This document shows, one piece after another, positions 24,181 to 36,740 of a stretch of DNA of 64,000 nt. Where the stretch lies: NCBI RefSeq assembly GCF_037042905.1, contig NC_087249.1:6698001-6762000 (forward strand), written 5' to 3'. Within the stretch, counting starts at the first letter, position 1. Every line of letters begins with the position of its first letter. The notes under the pieces are model-generated. The model saw only the letters and a program-made list of their open reading frames with translations, made no database searches and was not told the DNA's origin. A program made the translations under genes and the position numbers. The stretch is from Lytechinus pictus. Lineage: Eukaryota.

Positions 24181-25453
24181 TGCTGACAAAATATGAAATA
24201 CCATCTTTGTATTTTTTCTTTCTTTTAATGAACTTTATGAAGCCATCATAATCATCATATTGCCTGCTTTCTTGGTTTTGAGGGATAATTATTCTGGTGA
24301 TGTACATGTAATTCAAAATTTCATTGTGAACTAATAAATAATTTACCGGTATGCTTCAATCTTTCGACGTTTTGGCATTTATAAGGAGAAGGAGCCAAAA
24401 ACAAAGAAAATGAGTGATAGAGAGAAAGAGATATGACATACCACTCCCCCTGATGCGATTTGCAGGGTGCTATGTGAAATATGCTGGTAAAGGCATAATA
24501 ATTCCAGTTTGTAGAAAATTGCTATTATAAAAAAACTTTCATATGTGCTAATCTTGGTAATAATCCTTTTGATATTCAGCTTCTTGGATTACTGAAATCG
24601 TCGCATGGCTGGCAAAGGGCGTTAGCTTGATTTTCTACCGAAAAATTGTTTTTTTTTTTGGTTTTTAGTGCTGTATGACAGAGTTTTGATAGCTCTTTCA
24701 TTTGGTACAACTGTAATTGCCTACAATGACGTACTAATGACGTAATCACGCGTTGTGAAAGGGTGTTTTCCAGGGCTTGCGTGCGTTAACGCCCTTCTGC
24801 GAGCCCTCGACGAAATGCTATATTCTGAGAGTAAGAGTGGAATTGAGCGATTTCAGTCCCCCACCCTCTCCCCCAACTACCTAGAGCTTTCTGTTCAAAA
24901 TTTTTATTGGGTTTCAAACCATTTCAGTGTTAATTTCCATCTCATCATACACATTCAAAGACATTACAAAAGATTTCAAACGTTTTAGCTAATGACCACC
25001 CCCACCCTCCCACACACACACCCTCACACACTGAATAAACAAGCAATGCATAATGCAGTTGTGAATATAACAAAGTTAACTGGAAATCAGTGGGGAGGTT
25101 TTCATCAACACTTTGTCCGACAAGTTGAGGAATTTGACAGCTTTCCTTCATTTTGATTGGCTGAGAAGCACTGTTACTATGGTAACTTGGATGAAACGTC
25201 CGGCGCAAGTCCTTTCATGAGAAACTCCCCTGAAGGATACTTGAAGGGCTAACTGTATGTAAGTGAAGACTTGTTAAATCTTTCATGGGGGTGTTCATTA
25301 AGCTGTACGTAAGGGTTCGTAAGTTAAGAGCGACTTTAAGAACGACTGGTGATCCTTTCTTATGCGCTAAATAATCACCAATGAACATTTTGGTGTATAC
25401 CATTTACCACAAGAAAGGATCAGCAGTCGTTCTTAAAATTGCTCTTACAGTAA

Positions 25454-25942
25454 AACCCCCGTCACACTAGAGGCGGAATGAAAATTCTTGGTACATTCCT
25501 GGATATTCGAAGCGCATTCTAAAAATTCTGACTGCATTCTGAGTGCATTCCAAACATTCGGGTCCATTCTTGTGACCGGCCCGAATGTTTTGCTCATGCA
25601 TGTTCAAAACTTTCGAAGTGCATTCGAAGTGGAGAAATATCGAACGACATTCGAAGTGCATTCTGACTGCATTCTAAATATTCTTGCTGCATTCTAACAG
25701 CATTCTTAATATCCTTCATGTGTTCCGACTGTATTCGAGCTGCATTCGACAGTCAATACACCCGGAATGTGCAAGAATCATTCGAGGCGGGATCAAAGGA
25801 CGTTCTAAGTATTCGAACGACATTTTTGCAAAAGTAGTGAAAATTTCAAATTCCTCCCGAATGTGGCACGAATTTTGAAAGTTCTTCATTCCGGCTGGTT
25901 CTGCTCGATTCCTGCTGATTCCGAATAAGTGTGACGGGGGTA
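25454..25942. mobile_element. PIF/Harbinger-like MITE nested in a family-1 MITE
   Basis: Perfect 14-bp TIR acccccgtcacact (25455-25468 / 25928-25941); TAA on both flanks (25451-25453, 25943-25945); internal cattcga/cattct repeats. Confidence 0.85.
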
Positions 25943-26905
25943 TAACTTACGAACAGCTTTAGGATCATGGCCGAAAAAAGACCCCACTCCTCGGTCACCA
26001 GACCAGCGGTGTAAGGCAAACCGATTACACAGATATACATTAGTAAACCGTAATCCTCAATTTATAAATCGTTGAAGTGCGATATCCATTGAGTCCTTTT
26101 TTCTGAGCCTACGGCAAACAAAAGACGGTAAACCTTTTCTTTATCCTTTACTTTATCTTGCTCCCTTCATCAATTGTTTTCTCAGTCTATCCAGTATTGA
26201 GCTTTTTTCTGAACTCCTCATCAAAGTCTTTAATAATCATCTCTTGATGCTTCTGAAATGTTTCATTCTGAGCCACAGTGAAGATATTTTTCCATCCACC
26301 GACAGTACCTGGATGAAACATAACCATGAACAGGTCATTATATTATGACTCTGACTCTAAGTGATCATAAGCATGGGTTGCTATGTATACCTGTATACAT
26401 TTCTTTCTTCATTCGACTTTCTCCCTCTGTTTTCACATGTTTTTTTTTTTCTGCGACCCCCCAAAAAAAAAAATCGGGGGGGGGGGGGGGGGGGGAGGTC
26501 ATTTGATCTCTTACTTCCACCTTCCCAGTTGCGTCGTTTGATACACAGTTGCATGGCCCCTAAATTCCAAAGAAAACACCTAAAATGCTTTTTTGTGTTT
26601 GGTTCGATTTGTTTTATGGAGGATCAAGTGATGCAAAAGAAGTAAGGATGATAACAAAATATTTCATTTTCATACTTCGCCCAGTTAGCCTACATGGTTG
26701 AATGGGTCAATCATTAGGTTGAACAAAATAGGGACGAGCACACTCCCTTGGGGAAGACCCGTTTCAATTTCCATACCTTGGTAAAGTAGTGGTAGTATAC
26801 CAGCAGCATGGGTGAGTAGCTTTCCTTTGTCGCCTAGCTCGTCTTCAAGTCTGGCGTAGATGGCTTTCATTTCCTTGAGCGAGGAAAGTCGAGTGACTTC
26901 AGTAA

Positions 26906-29900
26906 TCGCTGAAGAGAGTGATCCACCCTGTGAAAGACATTGATCATATATAATCTTTCTAATACATAAGAACGCTGAAGAACATATTTGTACTTTTTTG
27001 CATACCGTTGAAATGCTTGTAGAAGTATTCTTTCTGAAGTCGCCTGATTAGTCATGTATATTCTTCTGAGAATATAGTGTCACCATTTAATCATGTCATA
27101 TTTTTGTAAATCTATAACTTTTTTATTATATAATACATCCGAGGTTATTGACCTACATGTTTCATCTGCTTGTATTTTTCTCACTTTATATATTTGTACG
27201 TTACTCTGATATTTCTATGCCTATTTGTTGTATATTTATGTTGACTTTTTATGTTATATTTGATTTCCTAATTGTTCTTTTTATTTTGCTGTGTATGCTT
27301 TGAATGTTGATTGAAATGTGAATGTGTACATGCAAATACAACTGTATGGATATTCTCCAATATATTTTTCCTTTCAATGAAGTAAATGATGAAGAGTTTA
27401 AATGTATGTTTTCTGAAGTGCAATATGATACCGTTGATAATGATAATTTTGATATGTTCTCGACATATATTGATTCTGATGAAAGTGGAATACTTGATGA
27501 TATTGATCCAGATAATAATTTTTTTACATTTGATAAACCTGTTAAGTACTGGCTCCCTATTGATTTCAATGATAATTCAGATTTTACCACTGATGACAAA
27601 CATAACTTTAGTATTCTCCATTTTAATTCCAGAAGTCTTAATAAAAATTATTTCGCTATTGATCAATTTCTTAATCAAATTAAGTTAAAATTTTCTATAT
27701 ATGGTTTTAGTGAAACCTGGATTAATGAAAATACCCCGTTATTATTTAATAGAGATAATTATACTTCTTATCATAATGACAGACAAGGTAGGAAAGGTGG
27801 GGGTGTTGCACTTTTGGTTAATAATTCATTTTAAGTTAAAGTAAGGGAGGATATATCTTTACCAGAAACCATTTGTGAATCTCTTTTTATTGAAATTATT
27901 TCGGATAGTTCAAAAAATATTATTGTTGGCATTATATATAGAAACCCTAATAAACCCATTCTTGAATTTAATGAAAATTTCAATAGTTGTCTTGGAACAA
28001 TATCCACAGAAAATAAATCTATTTTTTAATGGGTGATTATAATGTAGATCTTCTTAAATATAATACTTGTCAACACATTAATGATTTTGTAAACATTATG
28101 TATAATAATTATCTTCGTCCGTTAATTGACAAACCAACAAGAATTTGTAAACGGTCTGTAACATTGATTGATAATATATTCACAAACGTAGTCGACAAAG
28201 ATATTCATTCTGGTGTTTCTATAGTGGAATAACTGATCATTTACCCATTTTCCAAATAACCAACCTTTCTATTAAATTATACAAAGAACCAACGTCTTTA
28301 TTTTATGTAAAACTTACAGATCCATCAAGTTTAAGTTCATTTAAGAAAGATTTAGCTACTTTAGAATGGAACGAAGTATTCTCAGCATGTGATGTAGATA
28401 ATGCATATAACTCCTTTATAAATTTATTTAAAACTACGTATAAACAGAATTTTGCTCCCCGTAAAATAAAAAGAATACCCCACGAAAACCTTGGGTTACC
28501 CCTTCACTTCTAAAATGTATAAATAAAAGGCATAGATTATATAAGATATTTTGCAAAAAAAGAAATAATATCAGTGAATATAAATATAAACATTATAGAA
28601 ATAAATTGAACTCCATTTTACAGTCTGCAAGGAAAACCTATTTTAGTGATTTATTACAAAAGAATAGAAACAAGATGTCTAAAACCTGGGAAGTTATTAA
28701 TAACCTATTAGGGAAGAAAAGAAAATGTCAATATCCTAGTTATTTTTTTAAAGAAGAAAGAAAGTTAACAGATCCTCAATCGATAGTAAATGAATTTAAT
28801 TTATATTTTTCTAGCATTGCTGTCAAACTTAAATCTCAACATATTAAAAACCCTAAGTGCCATTTTAGTTCCTTTCTAAAAGTCCCTTGCAATAATTCCA
28901 TATTTTTTCACCCAACCAATGAATCAGAGGTTTAAAATTTAGTTAAATGTATAAATTCTTCCAAAAGCTAAGATTTCGAAGGATTTACGCAATATACTAT
29001 TAAACATGTTATCCATTTTATTGTTAAACCCATTGTACATATTTGTAATCTGTCCTTTTTATCTGGTAAGGTTCCTATGAACTTCAAAGTAGGAAAAATT
29101 ATACCCATATTTAAGAAAGGGGATCCCCATATATTTTCTAACTATCGCCCTATAACTTTGCTCCCTTGTTTTTCTGAGATATTAGAAAAATTGATTTACA
29201 ATAGGGTTTTTAATCATATAAATAAATATAATCTCCTTGATGACTCTCAGTACGGTTTTAGAAAACAATCCTCCTGTGCTCATGCTTTAATTGACCTTCA
29301 TGATTACACCCAAAATAAATTAACAAACAAAGTTCATACATTAGGCTTATTTCTTGATCTATCTAAAGCGTTTGATGTCATCAACCATGGTATTCTCCTC
29401 TGTAAATTACAGTTTTTTGGTATACGTGGTGTAGCCTTACAGTGGTTTAAGAATTATTTGAGTAATCGTTTCCATTTCACATGTTATAATGATTTTGTTT
29501 CCGATAGAAAGAGTGTAGAGTCCCACAGGGCTCTATACTGGGTCCTCTCCTTTTCTTGATCTATATAAATGATCTGAGCTCTTCTTCATCCTTTTTTCGT
29601 TTTATACTGTTTGCCGACGATACCAACTTAATTGCATGTCATAAAGATTTCAATAGATTAATATTACAGGTAAATAGAGAATTAGAAAATGTTATACAAT
29701 GGTTTTATGCTAATGAATTAATCATAAACAATGACAAAACATGTGTTTTATATTTTAATAGAAAATCCTACCCATATAATTGTAATAATATTAGAATACT
29801 TATAAACCATGTTAATTTGAATGTGTGCACTTCAGTTAAATTTTTAGGAATAATTCTTGATGATACTCTATCTTTCCAGGACCATCGTCAATATTTTGCA

Positions 29901-30681
29901 AACAAAATTTCTAAAAACATTGGTATCCTCCGTAAATTACGTATATCCCTTCCTCAAAATGTATTATTTATGTTGTATAACTGTTTAATTTTACCATACT
30001 TATATTATTGTACCATTACCTGGCCAGCAGTGGCTACTAAATTAGAATCTTTATACAAACTGCAAAAGAAAGCTCTGAGAATATGTACAAATTCTCATTT
30101 TCAAGCTCACTCTTGTCCTTTATTTTTTAGGTTACAAACACTTACGATTTATGATATATATACATTCCAAATTGCCATAATGATGTTTAATGTTAATAAT
30201 AGTATTGCACCTAAAATAATTTGTCAAATGTTTACTCTTAATAAATCTATCCATTCCCATAATACCCGCTCATGTATAAAATACCATTACCCAAAGATTT
30301 CGTCTCAGTCCTTACTCAACTCTTTTAGACACAACGGTCCCCGTATTTGGAACAATTTACCTAATAATTTTATGTCATGCACTACATTGTCATCTTTTAA
30401 GGTCTTATTGAAGAGACAGCTCGTCTTTTCCTATTCCTTGTAACTCTATTTTAAGTACCTATGTATCATGCGTGTCATGGTGTGTATGTGTTTGTATTAT
30501 ATCGTAACATGTGTTTCTTTTCCCTGTTTTGGGGGACTATGACTCACAAGTTATTTTAAACTTTCATATTAGTCTCCAATTTCATTCATTAGATTAAATC
30601 TCGATTGTTGCATGTTACTTTGTATATATTTTATGATTTCATGATTGAAATAAAATTGAAATTGAAATTGAATTGAAATTG
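26906..30681 (+). mobile_element. CR1-type non-LTR retrotransposon, 5'-truncated, with decayed ORF2 (APE endonuclease + reverse transcriptase, ~27322-30443)
   Basis: Endonuclease motifs HFNSRSL, FSETW, GGGV, MGDYN, LIDNIF. RT motifs YRPITLL, QYGFR, FLDLSKAFD, FADDT. Several stops and frameshifts. 3' stem-loop 30529-30579 and (AATTG/A)n tail 30643-30681. TSD AGTAA at 26901-26905 and 30682-30686. Confidence 0.93.
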
Positions 30682-32867
30682 AGTAAGTTGTTCAGCTGAG
30701 AGATCATAACCAATGTGTGCGGCTACTTTAGCTGCGTTCCCGGCTGGGTCCTACGGGAGCCAACCATCGAACAGTCTGTTATTTTGTTCATTTTTTTTGT
30801 TATAATGGCTCCTTTTCATACAAAAAGGGAATTTCTCAAAACTTGTATTTATCATATCAAATTCAATTCAATTAAAAAATGGTTTATTAAAATATGCCTC
30901 GCAGCCAAAGGCTGAATAAAAATCATGTGTACAATTCACATTAACAAAATGATACTTTAAGTACAAACATTGAATCATATAAATGGAATATAATTACTTC
31001 TTATATCATACAAGAAAATGCGATAAAATATCAACAAAAACAATTGCAATGCATTGCTCTACACCGATTTTATGTTTGTTTATATTCCATATTTAGAGGG
31101 GATGGGTTGGTGACTAGTGGAATCTCCACAAAAGGGGTACTATTTGATTAATGATATTTCATTTATCAACACCAAATTTGCACTGTATTTCCCTACACGT
31201 TGCTATATAGGTTGCACCCACTATATTCTTTCAAAATACACGCGCCTCTGTTTATTCTGAGGGTGAAAATAAATACATACCAAGAACATCACTGAATAGA
31301 TATTAGATAACACATTCCGATTTGTGGTGACTCAGAATCTTGCACTGTCATTCTCTATAAGGTTATTCAAAACTTCAGTCCATATATTTTTGAGGAGTGA
31401 GTTCCGCCCCTGAACGTGTATGTCCGTCACCATTATTATGGACATTAGTACGCAATAGTAATGGTAATCATTACCATTTCTATTTTGAAGGGGGAGTGAA
31501 CTGTGTGTGGTCTCTAATTGACTGTGTGTTATAAATACATAGTTTTAAAAATATTCGTTTTCAGATATCTACTAATAATACTGAGAATGAACCGACCTAT
31601 AAATTGTATTTGTATAGAGAAACTAAAATGTTTTTAGAGGAAAAGTAATTGATTTGTTACTTGGTAACTTAATTATTGCGGTATAAACGTAGTTAATTAG
31701 CATGTTGTCATTCAAGTGGGTCTAAATTACAAGACCACGCTAGTATTGTGGGTCTGGAAACTGGCCAGGTATGAGTAGTTGAGGACTCAAGATGGCGCTA
31801 TTGGTTCGTATCTGCTTTAAATATTGATTTGAAAAGACTGCCATAGTCGTCTTGAGATCTTTGATTTGTATTTTTTTTAATTCTAACGGCAGTTGCTCAC
31901 AATTTTTGTTTAGTATTCCTCCCCCTCCCATATATCTTGGAACAATGAAAATTCTGATTGAGAATGAAAAATAAACGTAAAAGGGTCTATAGGCCTACCT
32001 TTTTCATGTCCGCAAAATCAACGTAGAGAAAGTTGTCATCATTGCGATGTTTCCAAAAGCCATACTGGTGATCCCATATCGAGCCATAATTGACTGTGAT
32101 GTATTAAAAAAAAGTTTTCTTTAAATCACGGGACCATTTTGGAATAACATGTACAATTATGTTATAGTGTATAGATGTAAAGCAGTTTTTTAACTGAACC
32201 GAATTACCTTCCACTGTTTTTTTTAATATTGATTATGTTAAATATTATGTTAAATATAGGTTGGTAAAGTTGCACCCCCCAAAAAAAAGTGGGGTCAGAT
32301 ATAATGTATAAGGGATGAAATTTCTTTTTAAAAAAATGCGATCGAGCAAAGTGAGGAAGCAAATATTTGGAACTCTTTGATCATAAAATCTATAGATTTT
32401 TACATATTCAGAAAAATATAATATTCTACTCTTGTCCCTTTCCTTTTTTCTCCTATTATTTTTCTTGGCCATGAAATTTTATCAGGCAAGCCCCCACCTA
32501 TATATAAGCCGGTCGTGTTGAGGCTCAAATCAATTATTAATTGAAATACCTCCGAAGGTTTTAAGATCGCAAAGTGCAGACTGTAAAACATTATACGTAC
32601 TCTCATCTGAGATGAAAAAGTCGAAGGCCTCATTCCATTCTAACGGATGGATATCAGACTTGAAGATGTTATAGTTTGACACTAGACAGTCTTTTGGGTT
32701 GCGGGCTAGATATACAATTTGTGAGATTGATAGAATGAGATGGAGAAAGAGAGAAAGGATGGAGAAAGAGGGGAGGGGTCGATACAGAGAGGGAGAGGGG
32801 GGGGGGGTTAGAAAGAGGAACAAAGAGAAAAGAGGGGAGAGAGATATCATTTGTCATTCGATCTATA

Positions 32868-33360
32868 CAGTGCGTCCCACAAAAATGAGATAGATTTTAA
32901 CAATTAATTTGATAGTCGTAGCAAGAGTGGAATCTCATCTCTCATTTGACACCAACAGCTTAGCAAGTCGTCCACGCATGGCAGATTACAAACAATAAAT
33001 ATTGAGGCATACCAGAAACGATTTGCGCAGAAAACTTACGTGTGAATCTGATTCCACTCTCATTTCAGGGATCATAGAGAAGCTTAAAGAATACAAAAGA
33101 AATGCTAAATAAAATGCAAATCGTCGTATCACGAACCAATCTTGTCCAATTTTTCTGCGCAACCTGGTTTTGAAATTAAAATTTCAAACTCGTCTTGCTC
33201 ATTAATAATGCGTGAAGTGTTTGTCTCATATCATAATTAGGTATCAACATAAATAAGAATAACTGAATAATATGATTATGTAAATGAAATATAATTCATT
33301 TGCCTTCGAAGTAAAAAGACATGGTAATCCCGGTTTCCTTATTTTTTCTTGGACGCACTG
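32868..33360. mobile_element. Tc1/mariner-like non-autonomous element
   Basis: TA|cagtgcgtcc ... ggacgcactg|TA. Confidence 0.75.
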
Positions 33361-33627
33361 TATAGTGTCGCGCTTAATCGAATTAATTGTATTATTAGTT
33401 AAATATCGATTTCCCCCCAGAAAGAAAGAAAGCCCAAACAAACAATCATAAATACAAACAAACAAACAAAAAGCTAACGTGGTAAATTTCATTTGACCAC
33501 ACTGATGTCTTCCGTCCTGATTACAAAAGACAATAATAAATAATGTCTCCAATATTACAGACATCTCGAAAACGTCTCCTTAACTAATTTATTCAGTAGT
33601 TACTGATCGAATATACTTCTTATTATT

Positions 33628-33662
33628 TTCTTCTTCTTCTTCTTCTTCACCTTCTCCTCCTC

Positions 33663-33696
<34 letters not shown>

Positions 33697-33740
33697 ATCT
33701 TCATCTTCTTCTTCCTCTTCCTCCTCTTCTTCTTCTTCGT
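33628..33740 (+). repeat. (TTC/TCC)n microsatellite
   Basis: Direct reading. Confidence 0.9.
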
Positions 33741-35414
33741 CTCATCATTAGTATTATCATCATTAGTAATTCATGTCACCTGACTTTTATAACTTAAACA
33801 TTTTTTAGGGGGAGGGGTCGTACCTTTGGTTTCTTCTCCCATATTTGTTTTGGTAAGAACTTAATCGGTAGATGCGTCTTGTACAACCGTGGGGAAGGCA
33901 TTGTAGCGACGTGTTCATATGATTTGCCTACACCTCGAATCCAAGCAGGATTCTCTAGCAATTGGGATGATTGTTCGAAGCGGTCTTGGCTTGAGAAAGG
34001 GATGCCTGAATTACGAACAAGCAACATTATTTCCGTCATCCAGTGTGTGCCTTAATAGTATTAGAAAGCGAGAAAATTGTCAAACTGTTCCTTTAAATAC
34101 AAACAGAAAGCTCAAGCTATATGAAACGGCCATGGCTTGAAATTTGGCAACATGGCCGTACGCAGAAATTTTGTCGGGGGAGGGGGCACTTAAAAATATT
34201 CGAAGAAACTCGAAAGCGAGGGAACAAAACGACCGAGCTCGTCATGGGGGCGCTTTTGCATATTCTCATGTGCAACTGAACATTTTCGGTGAATTTTGTG
34301 AAAAAAAAAAATAAAATGTAAGTTTTTAACATTTCTGCGGAGGCGAGATGGGGCAGTACCCCCGGGCCCCCCACTGCGTACGGCCACGATTGGACACCCA
34401 AATTTTGGCAAGCGTTAATATCTTCGCTATCCGTATCTAACGGTGAAAATAAAAGATGAAGGAAAATGCTGTAAAAGGAGAACGAAACCCTTGGAACAAA
34501 TTTGCTCGCATGTGCGCGGACAGAAAAGAATAAGGTCAGTGAAATTCGATAACAAACTATTGGTCAAACAATGAGAAAATTATGAGCATTTTAATGTAGA
34601 GATCACTGTATGGTATGGACATCCTCCCATTGGCAATGGGACATCCAAATATCAGGCGCTTTTTTATAAGATGACATGTTATAAAGGTTTCACAAACATC
34701 TCATGAACAAATACATTATATTGTAATTTAAATGACAAAAAAAATTATGTTTTGAAGTATATTGTCAATGTCCAAGGGGGGGGGTGTTATCTCTGTGACA
34801 TCATAAATATTTAGTCGTATTGCAAATGAGAGGATCTTCATGAGCATCGTAATTAGCAAAATTAACAAAACAATAAAGAATCATATTATTTTTCATTGAA
34901 CTAAAGAAAAGAGAGATTAGTTCTCTAAGTACATTCTTTTTAAATTCAGATTCTATCATTCTAACGTAATATTCGCGTTCTAAATTGCTTATTTTTTAAA
35001 GAGAAATTTATCTTGTAAATTGAGTGATAGATAATTACCGGATTTCGGGTAGGTCGTCAGAATGACGTCATCTTCTCGAACTTCCATGTTCCGAATGCCT
35101 GGCATGTCATCCGGTGTCACGAAAGAGGCCATGAATCCCTGATATGGGCAACAATGCTCTGTGGAACGCTATTCACTTCAGGATCAGCCATCTCTTCCTT
35201 GTGTCTGTCCTGGCTGTGAACAGCTAGATCGGTTTCTGTTCCGATATGTTGTAAAAAGACAGATTGAATTAAGAAAAATAATGAGGAATATTTTAATTCC
35301 TATTACATTTGATAATTTCTGTAAACTACCCAATAATAACTTGCGTGAATAAATTTTATTTTTCTGGTGCAATTTTCGGTGCTAGAACTTTAGATTGGGT
35401 ATATCCCCGCTTGT

Positions 35415-35790
35415 AAAGGTAAATTTCCCATTCGTCCACTGCCAACTCGTCCACTCACCACATGGTATACCTTCATTTAGTCTAATGCCATTCCGTCCAT
35501 CAACATTTCGTCTAACAGCCATTTGGTCCAATAACCATTTGGTCCAATCATCACTTCGTCTAATCACCATTTCGTCTATTACCATTTTGTCTAACAACCA
35601 GTTGGTCTAATACCAATTTTCTTTTCATTCATTTTGCACAATTATCACTTTAGCTTAATAAGACCAAAATATGGACTAAATGGCTATTGGATCAACTGGT
35701 TATTAGACGGAATGGCATTATACTGAATTAAAGTAGACCATGTGGTGAGTAGACAAATTTACATTATACGAATTAGAAATAAACTCTTGT
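35415..35790. repeat. Degenerate ~17-bp repeat element (ccattt(c/g)gtc(t/c)a units, inverted in the right part)
   Basis: Multiple ccatt.gtc.a units followed by their reverse complements. Confidence 0.6.
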
Positions 35791-36030
35791 AAAGCCCTCT
35801 TTGAGAATACCGAATAATGCAGTCATCATTGGTAAAAAAATATGGTTACCAAGGAAAACTGGCATGCCCGTTGCCACCTATCGTCATATGTTTCTAGGGC
35901 GGAGCCAGAATATTTTTACAGGGGATGGGGGATGAAAATCCAAATGTGACGTCCTTTTTTCTCACTCGAATACTATAGTAGAAGGGGTATTATAAAGTTC
36001 CATGACTGAGACATCTCTTTATTATTTGTA

Positions 36031-36320
36031 GAGGTGCTGTGGCTCAGTGGAAAAGTCTCCGGACTTTGAACCACAAGGTCCGGTGTTCAAATCCCATCGA
36101 AGCACTCGCGTCCTTTGGCAAGGCGTTTATCTACATTTGCCACTCTCCACCCAGGTGTAGTAAATGGGTACCCGGTAGGAAGGAATTCCTTGAATGCTCG
36201 AGCGCCTGATCAAGGTAGCCGTGCTAAAGCCGGGGTGATACTAGTAGTATGCAGCGCTTAGAAACATTTGTATTAAGCGCGCGCTACATAAATGTTGCAT
36301 ATTATTATTATTATTATTAT
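36031..36320 (+). mobile_element. tRNA-derived SINE, near full length
   Basis: A-box tggctcagtgg, B-box gttcaaatccc, core ccacccaggtgtagtaaatgggtacc, LINE-like 3' end and (TAT)n tail. Confidence 0.85.
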
Positions 36321-36510
36321 ACCCTTCTTTCTAGCACCCTTCCCATTTCTTCCTATATTTTTCGTTCCTTTGCCCCCTAGCTGTTTTCCATTTTACTGAA
36401 AAATCATGAGGGCGACTGCTCCTGACCCCCCCCCCCTGTAGCGCCGCCCTGCATCAGGATACATACCCTCCATACCACCAACCCGCCCTTCTCCACCCTC
36501 TGGTATTTTA

Positions 36511-36740
36511 CTCACAGCTTATAGTCTTCAGTCTTCGCCTCGATAGATGCCCTCGATCTTTGCACAATCCACCGATGATTGTAGGACTACAGCCCTTTCA
36601 TGATATGAAAATGCTCCACACTATCAATTTCAAGTAGTTGCATGCGACAAGAGAGGTTATAGTTCAGACAGAAAATTCAATTCTGAATGACACAAACATG
36701 CAACAACAACACCACCATTTAACGTGCACTATATTATAGT
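36511..36740 (-). promoter_or_regulatory. Putative non-coding first exon (donor gtgagtaaaatac at 36515) and TATA-like element (~36730-36740) of SULT-A
   Basis: 15-nt gtattttactcacag plus nearby ccaccaacccg are shared with 61256-61293 upstream of SULT-B. The transcription start is not determinable. Confidence 0.45.

Larger units (their letters stand above)
26187..35191 (-). pseudogene. Cytosolic sulfotransferase paralogue A, disabled. Exon remnants 35039..35191, 33824..34050, 32601..32718, 31999..32093, 30682..30750 + 26777..26905 (split by LINE), 26187..26308
   Basis: Exon-by-exon homologue of SULT-B (TYPKSGTHW, KTHLP, ARNPKDCLVS, GTVGGWKNIFTVAQNE). Lesions: a 22-nt deletion in exon 1 giving TGA at 35119-35117, exon-3 acceptor cacAG>cacAA at 32720-32719, and a CR1 insertion in exon 5. 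Confidence 0.88.

Noticed and set aside
27322..30443. Active retrotransposon or domesticated RT gene
   Set aside because: ORF2 is broken by multiple stops and frameshifts, and no ORF1 is recognisable.
36031..36105. tRNA gene (also 53560-53635 on the minus strand)
   Set aside because: A and B boxes are present, but the sequence continues into SINE body rather than a T-run terminator; treated as SINE heads.
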